A program made the position numbers and the translations under genes. DNA of 64,000 nt from Eledone cirrhosa (lineage: Eukaryota), in assembly GCA_964016885.1 (NCBI GenBank), contig OZ024741.1, forward strand, positions 229,772,001 through 229,836,000, written 5' to 3'. This document shows positions 26,601-38,098 of the stretch, piece after piece. The notes under the pieces are model-generated. The model had not been told where the DNA came from. It ran no database searches and was given only the letters and a program-made list of their open reading frames with translations. How positions within the stretch are numbered: position 1 is the first letter of the stretch; every line of letters starts with the position of its first letter.

Positions 26601-27268
26601 GAGAGAGAGAGGAGACTGTGGCTCACATTGTGTCCGAGTGTAAACACCTAGCCCAGACCCACTATAAGGGCTGGAGACACGATGTGATGGGCAGGGTGAT
26701 CCACTGGCACCTGTGCAAAGTAAACAATTTACCACATTCTGAGAAATGGTATGAGCATAGGCCAGAGGCGGTGATGGAGAACAATCAGGTGAAGGTGCTG
26801 TGGGATTTTAGGATACAGACGGACAAAAAACTGGAACACAATAGACCTGACCTGGTGGTTGTGGACAAAGAAAAAAGATCGTGTCTGATTGTGGATGTGG
26901 CCTGCCCGTTCGACACGAGAGTGCAAGAGAAGGAGAGGGAGAAAATTAACCGATACCAGGACCTAAAGTGGGAGGTGAAAAGGATTTGGAACTGCCATGA
27001 AGTCAAAGTGATCCCGATTGTCATAGGCGCACTGGGGACTATCTCCAAAAGTTTCCAGGGATGGTTAAAGAAAATCGGCCCCTTCGCGCTTTTTGGAACG
27101 CTTCAAAAGGCATGCTTGCTTGGAACAGCAAGAACCCTCCGATACGTCCTGAATATCTGAGGCTGCAGGTAGTGGCTTGATATTCAATTCAACGGACTTT
27201 CCGGTTAACCAACATCAATGACTGAGATTCAAGGAATAACAACAATAATAATAATAATAATAATAATA
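23640..27268 (+). mobile_element. R4/Dong-clade non-LTR retrotransposon (RT + restriction-like endonuclease), near full length
   Basis: Single ORF, ~75-bp 3' UTR and (TAA)n tail; 5' boundary approximate. Confidence 0.85.
23783..27160 (+). CDS. 1125-aa retrotransposon polyprotein: N-terminal Myb-like region, reverse transcriptase, CCHC zinc knuckle, RLE
   Basis: WTKELN..VMQCY; KSPGPDG; YRPITCL; EQKG; IDYRKAFDMVPH; GIFQGDSLSP; FMDDLK; YKYLG; CRIC..ETVAHIVSEC; RHD; RPDLVV..IVDVACP; K..RY. Confidence 0.95.
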   Translation: METRTSCDRLSPNRCPLAQQQEPDCQPNTADVGGRRRRKGARTNWTKELNRTVMQCYLKSNPKERGYRRRMHNIWNEIGLFKLDEQKLAGQARVIRTNGWISELELEELSRENSLEMAGVVCQTSEPVGNEGEEVLRTEEPPEADNDLNTEINNTWNRDTATEEMNADGLGQDSVDILNLVVDELNNDSGRPMNLRFVDRKKLKETTAKVNKVIPYLEARSLHQCNNILKATANTVRKLLGIKARGNNRQERAEPWWKKRLSGQIGEMRNDIGKLESLLNGTLKNIGTKNRLEIKYKTRRKKLNIIIEELKQRIVAKSAKIRRYENRVSQYKQNRMFDNNQKMLFGQLEGKERGNDLIPGAEQTKTFWRGIWEQDVRHNVQAGWIETVQREIGEQAQQQTDLSITVETLKGQAKKLTNWKSPGPDGVQGYWIKHLTSLHPKLTAMFNDCLVSGEVPEWLTKGTTVLIMKDRIKGNDVTNYRPITCLSVMWKLLTSIVSEEIYHHLHTNNLLPDEQKGCRKKSRGTKDQLLIDKMVMGNCRRRHTDLAMGWIDYRKAFDMVPHSWITKSLEIFRVADNIRQLLGRSMGSWETELTSTGVSLGSVKIKRGIFQGDSLSPLLFVLALMLRKVRAGYKLGRGELTINHLLFMDDLKLFGKSEKELDVLVDTVRIFSSDICMQFGIGKCGVIVMRRGRLSRSNGIQIPTGEMIKEIDSEEGYKYLGVLEADGIKNKKMKELLRTEYIRRVRSVLKSHLNSRNAISAVNSRAVSIIRYSAGILRWNVAEQKEMDRKTRKLLTIYNMFHKRSDVDRLYLRRSEGGRGLISIEDCVQMEKNNLYKYVTYSKEPMLRTVLKEGTVGQGMSKEEITSRRKSSLKGKSLHSTFFEKTEFRDPQTWNWLRRGDLKKATEGMLIAAQEQALKTKWLKHHIYKEEASPLCRICGEREETVAHIVSECKHLAQTHYKGWRHDVMGRVIHWHLCKVNNLPHSEKWYEHRPEAVMENNQVKVLWDFRIQTDKKLEHNRPDLVVVDKEKRSCLIVDVACPFDTRVQEKEREKINRYQDLKWEVKRIWNCHEVKVIPIVIGALGTISKSFQGWLKKIGPFALFGTLQKACLLGTARTLRYVLNI

Positions 27269-27285
27269 AGGAGTGTGATTATAAT

Positions 27286-28540
27286 GCTTTCTTTATTAAT
27301 CATAAGGGTTTACACAGAGTAGACATTAAGGAGTAGACGGTACAAATGGGCATTTCTGCGTGTAAAAAAACCCCCAAAAAACAGAGGATGTAATAAAAGA
27401 ACAACGAAAAATTCCCCAATAGGGGGTAGACTTCCGAGGGCCATCGTGGAGAAAGCCCATTAAAAAAAGCCACGGAGACACTGACCACCAGGGCAATTCT
27501 CTCCCAGTTTTCCACCTTCAATTTACAGGCATATACTCAGAGTAGGTCCATTCACTCGGGCCATTCTTGCCTCTCTCACCCATCTTTCAAGAAAAAGCTG
27601 GGAAGAGAGCACCTCCCTCTCTACCCTGATTTTCCTTTTCAAATGAAATTGGAAAAAGTTAATCAGGGCATCACCGAAGAGGTAAGTGCTCGTCTTCAGC
27701 CCTTTCAGACGCGTCCACCATACTATCTCTTTCGCCATGGCCACCAGGCAGATAAAAACTGCCTGCCCTTCCCGGCTAAAGGAAGAGGGCGTGGAAATCC
27801 TCACGATGAACTCAGCTGATAGTCGGATCCGTTCTACACGCGACAGCAGGTGTTCAACATAAACCCTCAAGTCAGCAATGCTCGGACACTGGACGAGTGC
27901 ATGTAGGACGGTTTCGTCGCCCTGCGCGCATCTCAGACATGCCCGGCTGACGGCACCTCCATGCCTGTAGAGTTTATCCCGAACTGGCAAAGCTCCTCGG
28001 TAGCACTGCCAGGCCAGGGATTTCTGGAAGTTGTCCATAGGCCCCGGCCCGAAAGTTCTTCCAAAGAGATTGGCTAGTTGATTTTCGTCGACGCCTAGAG
28101 TTTCCCCAAGTACGTCGTCGCTCTTACCCTCCACTAATCCTCTATAAAACGCCAAGGTGGAATTTCCACCGATCACATTGCCCGATTGGTCGAGGGCTGT
28201 GAGCGCCTGAAGATATTCCAGTCTCCAAGCGCTCCCTCTCGGTCTTCGCTTGACCCAGGACTGCAGCTCCGTCAAGGAGATGAGCTGGGGAAAGACGCGT
28301 CTAGCAAATGGCGACTACACCTGATCACCGTCGAGGAAGAGGTGGAGATGTCGTAGCCTGAGTGCGTGTCTGCGCATCATTAGCCACGACATGCCCAGCC
28401 CTCCACGTAGCGAGTGTTGACAGCAGATGGATCGCCTGACCATCGGAGCGCGTCCCTTCCACAAAAAGCGAAAGGGCAAACGCTCCAGCGCAGTCAGGTG
28501 AGGCTTAGGACAAGGCACGACGGTCAGGCGGTAGTAGATG
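27286..28540 (-). mobile_element. L1/Tx1-type LINE 3' fragment
   Basis: FRFLWKG...RGGLG; LAWQCYRGALPV...CLRC..ETVLHALVQC zinc knuckle; absent from the mirror arm at ~31800. Confidence 0.8.
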
Positions 28541-28589
28541 AAGGAGTGTAATTATAGTTTAATGTAAGGAATGTTAATAATGATAATAA

Positions 28590-28771
28590 TTGTTTCTACT
28601 TTAGGCACAAGGCCAGCAATTAACCAGTACATTACTGGTACTTTATTTTATCGACCCCGTAAGGATGAAAGGCAAAGTTAATCTCGGCGGGATTTGAACT
28701 CAGACTGTAAAGGGACGTAACTATGCTAGAAAGCATGGCGTCCAACCCTCTACCGATACTGCCAATTCACC
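28590..28771 (-). mobile_element. tRNA-derived SINE family 1 with 18-bp target-site duplication
   Basis: GTTAATAATGATAATAAT on both sides; reverse complement of the 11647 SINE. Confidence 0.9.
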
Positions 28772-28863
28772 GTTAATAATGATAATAATAATGTCCGTTT
28801 ACAATTGTTTCGCTACTCCATATAATGTTTCTGGATCAATTGATTATAGATCATTATTGATCA

Positions 28864-29053
28864 CGGTGCATTGGCAGTATCGGTAGAGAGTCGGACACCA
28901 TGCTTTGAAGCATAGAGTTACGTCCCTTTATGATCTGAGTTCAAATCCCGCCGAGGTTAACTTTGCCTTTCATCCTTACGGGGTCGATAAAATAAAGTAC
29001 CAGTAATGTACTGAGTAATTGTTGGCCTTGTGCCTAAAAATAGAAACAATTAT
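28864..29053 (+). mobile_element. tRNA-derived SINE family 1
   Basis: Same B-box and core as 11647-11845. Confidence 0.85.
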
Positions 29054-29084
29054 GATCTGGTTCAGATAAAGGTAAGTAACTTAG

Positions 29085-30962
29085 GTAAAAAATGGAGCGG
29101 CTCTTCAGAACTTCAAAGGATAATGAAAATATTTATAAATATACTATGGAATAAGAAATATAAAGTAAGTAAAGAAAGAAGGTTACATGAATGTAATGTT
29201 CCATATATTGGTATTTCACGACGGTGTTTTCGATCTATTTAATTTCTGTTATAGGCAAGCATTATTCATCTGTCGAGGCTGTATTAAGCGATGTATGCCT
29301 ATGCATAACAATATGGCCGCCTGAGGATATTTACCTTACTAATTAGAGACAGGTTTCAAAGGAATTAACTCCTTGAGAATTTTGAAATTTAGGTGATTTA
29401 TAACTACGAAGTGCTAATGAGCTTAAGTGATATCCAAGTTATTGTTAAATATTTAACATGTTAGCTATATGTAAAGTTGAGATTATATGATTATGTTGGG
29501 TCAAATGTTCTATTGGCGAAAGAATTTGCCCTTCGATGTTGACAGCTAATAGTTATCTCGTTTCTATCGTTTATAGGTTGTGGTCGTGATAGAGTTATGT
29601 AATAGGCCTCGGTAACACAGAGATCACAACAGTTTCTTCGTCCATTGAACGCTTGGGCTCTAGCTAGGATATCCCATGTTAGTGAGTGTTCAGTGTTGGT
29701 TAATTTAAGGTTTTTAATGAGCCTAGCTAGAGATGTTGAACATCTATTGCTAGGGTCACGGAAGAAAAAGAGTGCGCATTATAGCGTACCTTAAAAGGGT
29801 TAGAGGTAGAGCCAATATAGGAGCTAGTGTGTGATGCTGTTTTAACAGTGCACCTATATACTATATTGGGTGTAAGGTATTGTCCATTTAGTGGGTATGC
29901 GTTAGGGTAGCGGCAATTGCAATTACTGCTGCGGTTAGTAAGGGTAGGGTTGTTTAAACTATGCGGCTGGTGTGTGCTAGAAAGATTAGATGGGGAGTTA
30001 TGCTACTAGAGTAAGTATTTGTGTAGAGGCGTGGTGTATTTGAGGGGGGTAATGGTACCGCGGTGTGAGAGTTATACTGTCTTAGTTTATGATGGTTAAT
30101 GAATGCGATATGGCTAGCTAGGTTAGGTGTTGTGGAGAATGAGATTTTAATGTTGTTTTTATTCAATAGTTTGTAGTATCTATGATTAGAGGGGAAATGT
30201 TTAGATAGGATAGAGAAGAAGCGTTTAGTGGCTAAATTAGATGAGCCAGGTAATATTTCTAGGCCTATTTCTTCTAGGGGTACTAGTGGAGTTGGCAAGG
30301 GCTTTCATAGGGTTATTATTACCTGGGCGTTTATTATTTGTCATCCCATTGATCGTTCCTATTATAGGGTTGATTCTGAATCTGCTACTAGGAATGGGAA
30401 GTAAGTCTCTACCACCATTACGGTTCCCTGTATAGGTACTGTTACTGCTAAAATACCGGCGTATCTGGCTACATGCTATTATATTTCTAGTTCTAACGTT
30501 CAAATTATTATGGTTGTGGTGAAGTTCTGTGTTATAGAATTTAGGTATGTAGTAAATGGACTGTTCATAACCAGATTCAGAAAGGGCCTTATTATAATAT
30601 GGCGCATAGTTCATAAATATGTCCTCATTAGCGGATAGCATGGAGATCCTATAAGAGATAGATTTAATGACTGCTCTAATGACTGCCGGTGGGTGGTTAG
30701 AGTGCGGGCTAATATATGTAAGTATTTCACCTGGTTTATGATACGGGTAATATAAGTTATTGTTAAGATCTAGGGTAACGTCCAGGAAGTTTACTACCTT
30801 ACGGTTCGGTTCGATGGTGATAGAGAGGCCGTTATTTAAAAAAATTTATGTAATTGCTTTTTGAGCAAGTCGATGCCTCGATTAGTGTAATTGTGGGCTG
30901 CAAATAGGGCGTCGTCCCTATATATTCCACCTTGCAGGGGTTGGATTTCGGCTTTGATGTTA
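29085..30962 (-). mobile_element. Penelope-like element 1, 5'-truncated (RT C-terminus, GIY-YIG, pseudo-LTR)
   Basis: YRDDAL, VNFLDVTL, HFPSNHRYYK, NCNCR, YIGSTSNPFKVRY; inverted pseudo-LTR copy at 30965-31430. Confidence 0.85.
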
Positions 30963-31437
30963 TGTTTGACCCAACATAATCATATAATCTCAACTTTACA
31001 TATAGCTACCATGTTAAATATTTAACAATGACTTGGATAATTATAAGTTACCTCCCCTATACTATCTCTCACTTAAGCTCATGAGCATTTCTTAGCTATA
31101 AATCACCTAAATTTCTAAATTCTCAAGGAGTTAATTCCCATGAAACCTATCTCTAGTTAGTAAGGTAAATATCCTCAGGCGGCCATATTGTTATGCATAG
31201 GCATACATCGCTTAATACAGCTTCGACAGATGAATAATGCTTGCCTATAACAGAAATTAAATAGATCGAAAACACCGTCGTGAATTACCAATATATGGAA
31301 CATTACATTCATGTAACCTTCTTTCTTTACTTACTTTATATTTCTTATTCCATAGTATATTTATAAATATTTTCATTATCCTTTGAAGTTCTGAAGAGCG
31401 GCTTCATTTTTTACCTAAGTTACTTATCTTCAGATAA

Positions 31438-31692
31438 ATAATTGTTTCTACTTTAGGCACAAGGCCAGCAAAAACCCAGTGCATTACTGGTACTTTATCT
31501 TCAGATAAATAATTGTTTCTACTTTTGGCACAAGGCCAGCAATTAACCCAGTGTATTACTGGTACTTTATTTTATCGACCCCGAAAGGATGAAAGGCAAA
31601 GTTAACCTCGGCGGGATTTGAACTCAGAATGGCAAGGGCCGTAACTCTATGCGTCAAAGCATGGCGTCCGACCCTCTACTGGTACTGCCAAT
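31438..31692 (-). mobile_element. tRNA-derived SINE family 1 with duplicated 3' tail
   Basis: Reverse complement of the family 1 core and B-box. Confidence 0.8.
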
Positions 31693-31820
31693 CCTTCTAT
31701 AATCATTTAATCCAGAAACATTATATGGAGTAGCCAAGCAATTGTAAACGAACATTATTATTATCATTATTAACATTCCTTACATTAAACTATAATTACA
31801 CTCCTTATTATTATAATCAC

Positions 31821-31870
<50 letters not shown>

Positions 31871-32126
31871 CTTACATTAAATTATAATTACACTCCTTAT
31901 TCCTCATTTATACTGAAACTATGTTGACTTCTTTAAATAACGTCTTCCTTGTGAAATTTGTGGTCTTGTCTTTGCTTAACTAATGAATATATATATATAT
32001 ATATATAACCACAGACCCTCCATCTCAACTCTACTTTTGAAAAACAGAAGAACTGCAAAACCGGTAAAGGAACCAAATAAATATATATAAATATATATAT
32101 ATATTTTTTAATAAGACTCCAGTTGC

Positions 32127-32275
<149 letters not shown>

Positions 32276-32576
32276 AAGTAATTCCGTCGGAAAAGTCCAG
32301 GAAAAAAGAGTGCTCTATGTAGGTTTCAGAGCTTAATAGTTATGTAATAAACAACATAAGGCAATTATTCCATTTACCAGTGGTTTCTTAAGAGCAAAAA
32401 ATTTTGCTTTCAATCCTCAGAATGAAAAAATCCTGGTCTGTTTATTGAATTTGGATTTTAAAAACAAAAATGCAATCTATATGAAAGTGAGGCTGGAGAA
32501 AGAAGAAGGAAAGGAAGAATAAAATAAAACCACACATGCAAACACACACACAAACACACACACACATACACAAAAG

Positions 32577-32622
<46 letters not shown>

Positions 32623-33338
32623 CATACACTCATACATACACACACACATATACACATATATGTGTATATAAATACACACATACACATACATACGCACATA
32701 AATATCAACACATCCATACATACACATACATATATACAACCACACACACATATATACACACATATATATAGAAATAGAAATACATATATATATATATATA
32801 CATGCATACACATACACATACATAGCCATACACACATACATATACATACATGCACACAATCATACCTATATACACACGTACATACATACACATACATAAA
32901 TGCGTACATATGCATGTACAAAATTATACACACCTCTACATATTCACACACGCAAATAAATGTAAGAAAAAATATATATAAAAAATAAAATAAAGACTAT
33001 TATACAGTTGACAGCGATACAAACGACGAGTAGATGAACAGACGCGCGTGGTAAGCAATACACACAAATGCACGTACACATACCTACGAAAAAGTAAATA
33101 CATACACACACTCTCACACAAATATACATATACACATACATAAACACATACATACACATACACAAATACATACACAAACACACACACACACACACACATA
33201 TACACATACATATATATATATAAATACACACACACAGATACACACACATATATATACATACACACACACATACATACATAGCTATACAATTATACACATA
33301 CAAATATATATCACAAACACGCACAACCAAATACAAAC

Positions 33339-33369
<31 letters not shown>

Positions 33370-33783
33370 CACATACATATATATGTGTGTGTGTAAAACT
33401 CAATCTTAGATAATTCATATGAACCTTATATATACATATATATAGTAGTAATGTAATAAACATCATAAGGCAATTATTCCATTCACCAGTGGTTTCTTAA
33501 TAGCAAAAGAATTTTGCCTTCAATCCTCAGAATGAAAAAAACCTGGTCTATCTACACATACATATATATACACACACATATATATATATATGTATACACA
33601 TACACATACATTTTGGTATGTGAAGGGTAAGGCAAAAAGAATATATGGGGGGGGGGAGACATAGGAAAAGGTGAAATATAAGGGGAGATAAGGGAGAAAA
33701 AGTATACAAGAATACAAGAATACAGAACGTGGATTCAGCAAAATAAAAAAAGCCGTAGTAGAAGTAAAGAGCAGAGAAGGAGT

Positions 33784-35906
33784 TCAAGGCGGTTGATTTA
33801 TCATAGGAGTGTCAATCCAGTTATAGATCAGATGTGATTTCAGATGAGGACAACATCTGAAGATCTCAATCTTTGAGTTTAGGCAAGCAGAAGTGGCTCT
33901 CAAGTTTAGCAAAATCCTATATTTTTCTGTGGTACACAAAGAACAATTCTTTGAGCCCCTTTGGTACTCCCTCGAATTGTCTAAGATAGACCAATCGATA
34001 GAGAACGAGATGTTACTATCCTTGAGTCCCCACACCTTACTTGTGAGGGCCGTTGATGTTCGTTTATCGGGGTGCTTAAAAGAAGCGACATGTGAGTAAA
34101 ATCTGGTTTTAAACCTGTCCTGGGTCATGCCGACATATCGCTCACTCCTGGCTGGCTGGTTGTTGATTAACGGTGTTATTTTAGCCTCATAAACAACTGA
34201 TTTGGTGTTACATTTACCCTGCAATGGGCATTCATCCGGCTTCCTGCAACTGCATCCTGGATTTGTTCTCGTATGATTTGACCTAGTGATCTTGGACTTC
34301 ATAGATGGGCAACAAGAGTAACTGATCTTAACTACGTTCCTATTAAATATCTTATAATATCTATGATTAGGAGGAAAATGTTTGTCTAAGAGTTCAAGGA
34401 ATTTCCTTCCTACATTAGTTTTGCCAGTTAGAGAGAAGGGGGGTGTGAACCAAATAATTTTCCTTTTCCTGTTATTATGGTTAGTTTTAGGGGGGGGGGT
34501 AGGTAAATAAAAAGTGTTTTCTGTAAAACCGCTGTTCTTAAGGGCTTTATTATAATAAGGGGCGGCTTTATTAAAAATGTCTATAGACGAAGATAAGGTA
34601 GAGATCCTACGGCTAATGTTAGGAATAAGATTATTAAAAACTATAGGGGGATGGCAAGACTCTTTGTGTATATACCTAAGATTTTCATTAGGTTTATGAT
34701 AAGGTTTAAGAGGCGGTAAGTAGATCAAGATTAATATCAAGAAAGTTAGCATTGGTAAGGTTCGTATTTATAGTGATTTTAAGGTTAAGATTAGCAAAAG
34801 TATTGATTAAATCTTTACGGAATTTATCAAGGTTATGGTCGTTGGTGGTATGAGAAACTGCCAATCCGTCATCACGGTATAAACCGATATTATGGGAAGG
34901 AAATTTCTCTTTGAGGGTGTGGAGAAGGAATAATCCTACTAAGTCACACACATCCGCACTGTCATATGAACCCATTGCAACATCAAAAGAGTTTTCAGGG
35001 TTTGACTTTTTAACCCAAATATTTTCATTAGTAAAGAGTAAAGTTTTTCTAGCATGAAAGATAATGTCTTCTAATTTAGAAATATTAATGAAGGGTCTTG
35101 CAAAATCTAAGGCATTAGTTAATAAGGAAACAGTAATAGAGGGGTAAAAATCAACAATATCAAATTGGGTAAATCTACACTTATTTTTACCTTGTATATT
35201 ATTAAACCAAGAAATAACAGGAAGTATTTAGCCACTGTGATAGGTCAGTGTTAGTTCTAATTTGGAGAATTATTTTTCTTAAGATTTTTTTACTTGTAAG
35301 GCCAACTTCGGCTTTAGCCGGGTTAATCAGTCTACAACTAGGTCGATTAGTAAAGTCCAATTTATGGTCTTTAAGGGTAATATATGCTTTACGCTTAGTT
35401 AGGCTTTCAATCCGGTTGTCTATTTTTAAAGAACTAGCTAGTTCCTTAGCTTCTTTATTGATAGTATTGTAGGTATTATTATTAGATAATTGATATTTGT
35501 TGGTAATACTATTAGTTAAAAGTTGGTTATACAAAGTACTATTAACTTCAAAGAGATTTTTAGTTTTATCAGAAAGAACAAAAGTGTTTGAAGAATTTCT
35601 AAAATTAGAAATATCGTTAGATACTTTAGTTTGAAAGTTATTGTACTTACGAAATTTGATATCACTAATTAGATTAACAAGGTCTAATTCGAAGTTGGCC
35701 ATGTCTTTAATTCTAGGTGGATATTTACGGGATTTTATGTCAAAACAATCATTAGTATCAGCACTGAATAGTCCATCGTAAACCATTGCCTTCCATCTCA
35801 TTCTTTTAACGACTTGTTCGGTTTTATCTATAAGCATTTTGGTATAAGTTGTGTTGGAAGGAGTAGGTATATTTTTGATTGAATAATCCAATTCATAAAG
35901 ATCCAT
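33784..35906 (-). pseudogene. Penelope-like RT + GIY-YIG ORF (frameshifted)
   Basis: YSIKNIPTP, DKT, TLKDHK, CRLINP, MGSYDSADVCDLVG, GLYRDDGL, WFTPPFS, CSC..CPLQGKC, VVY..YVGMT..FKTRFYSH, CSLCTTEK. Confidence 0.92.
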
Positions 35907-36589
35907 GGTGTATGTTGGTTAAATTCCTGAAAACTGTAGAGTGCTCAACTAATCGGGCTGGAAAGTGCCAATCATATATGTAATATAGAATATGCTTCAA
36001 TCAATCCCGGTTGGAGCTGTATAAATGAAGTAATTCCGTCGGAAAAGTCCAGGAAAAAAGAGTGCTCTATGTAGGTAACAGAGCTTAATAGTTATGTAAT
36101 AAACAACATAAGGCAATTATTCCATTTACCAGTGGTTTCTTAAAAGCAAAAAATGTTGCTTTCAATCCTCAGAATGAAAAAATCCTAGTCTGTTTATAGA
36201 ATTCGGATTTTAAAAACAAAAATGCAATCTATATGAAAGTGAGGCTGGAGAAAGAAGAAGGAAAGGAAGAATAAAATAAAACCACACATGCAAACACACA
36301 CACACATACACAAAAGCATACATACACACACACACACACATATATATATACATACACTCATACATACACACACACATATACACATATATGTGTATATAAA
36401 TACACTCATACACATACATATACACATACGCACATAAATATCAACACATCCATACATACACATACATATATACAACCACACACACATATATACACACATA
36501 TATATGTAGGAGGTGAGTTTTATTGTAGTACAATAAATCAATGCAGATATCGGATAAGAAGCACTCTACAGTTTGTAGGACTGGAGTAT

Positions 36590-36845
36590 ACATAATATAA
36601 GATCAAAAGATGGTTAAAGGAGTTCCATGTATTTTATTATGCGCATTTCAAAAACAAACATCATCATGCAATAATATGTTAATTTAAAACTGCACTATCC
36701 ATAAGTGTTTTTTTAGCCTTCATATCATGTTCTCCTGTTTTATCTGATGAAAACACAAATATTATTGCATGATGATGTTTGTTTTTGAAATGCGCATAAT
36801 AAAATACATGGAATTCCTTTAACCATCTTTTGATCTTATATTACA
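36590..36845. repeat. Fold-back insertion containing a complete hammerhead (36738-36804, +)
   Basis: Arms 36593-36676 / 36758-36843; UUUUAU-CUGAUGA-[aaacacaaauauu...uguuuguuuuu]-GAAA-UGCGCA-UA-AUAAAA. Confidence 0.8.
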
Positions 36846-37306
36846 CACATATATATATAGAAATATAAATATATATATATATATATACATGCATACACAT
36901 ACACATACATAGCCATACACATATACATATACATACATACATACATGCACACAATCATACCTATATACACACGTACATACATACACATACATAAATGCGT
37001 ACATATGCATGTACAAAATTATACACACCTCTACATATTCACACACGCAAATAAATGTAAGAAAAAATATATATAAAAAATAAAATAAAGACTATTATAC
37101 AGTTGACAGCGATACAAACGACGAGTAGATGAACAGACGCGCGTGGTAAGCAATACACACAAATGCACGTACACATACCTACGAAAAAGTAAATACATAC
37201 ACACACTATCACACAAATATACATATACAAATACATAAACACATACATACACATACACAAATACATACACAAACACACACATATACATATATACACACAC
37301 ATATAC

Positions 37307-37337
<31 letters not shown>

Positions 37338-37453
37338 AATACACACACACATATACACATATATATATATACATACACACACACATACATACATAGCTAT
37401 ACAATTATACACATACAAATACATATCACAAACACGCACAACCAAATACCAAC

Positions 37454-37540
<87 letters not shown>

Positions 37541-37675
37541 CATATATATATGTGTCTGTGTAAAACTCAATCTTAGATAATTCATATGAACCTTATATAT
37601 ACATATATATAGTAGTAATGTAAGGCAATTATTCCATTCACCATATATGAATATATATATATATTTATATTTATA

Positions 37676-38051
37676 TACGATATTAAATAAATGGAAACTA
37701 TATTTATAAAACCATATTTATTTCATTATATATATTTCAGGGATATCATATTAAAAATATGTTATGCCTTCTTCAGACAAAATACAATATAAACAGTCTT
37801 ATAAATAGATAGATTCGACATACCTTTCAACTTCGACTTCTATTTGAAAAGTTGATTTGGTAGTGGAAAAAATATTAGGGACAGTTATAAAAAGAAAGAA
37901 AGAAAAACGAAGAAAAAGAAGAAATGCATGCAACTAAATAGAGAGAGATAGATATAGAGAGATATATAGAGAGAAGAAATTCATGTAAAGAAACAGAGAG
38001 AGATATATAGAGAGAGGAAAAAACACAGAGGGAGATAGATAGAGAGAGAAG

Positions 38052-38098
<47 letters not shown>

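Noticed and set aside
23980-27048. Antisense ORFs over the R4 ORF (likewise over RTE and Penelope ORFs)
   Set aside because: Shadow ORFs of retroelement coding strands
31215-31285. CAGAUGA...GAAA..GUC in the Penelope 1 pseudo-LTR (mirror at ~29215-29280)
   Set aside because: Core mismatch and weak stems; at best a decayed HHR
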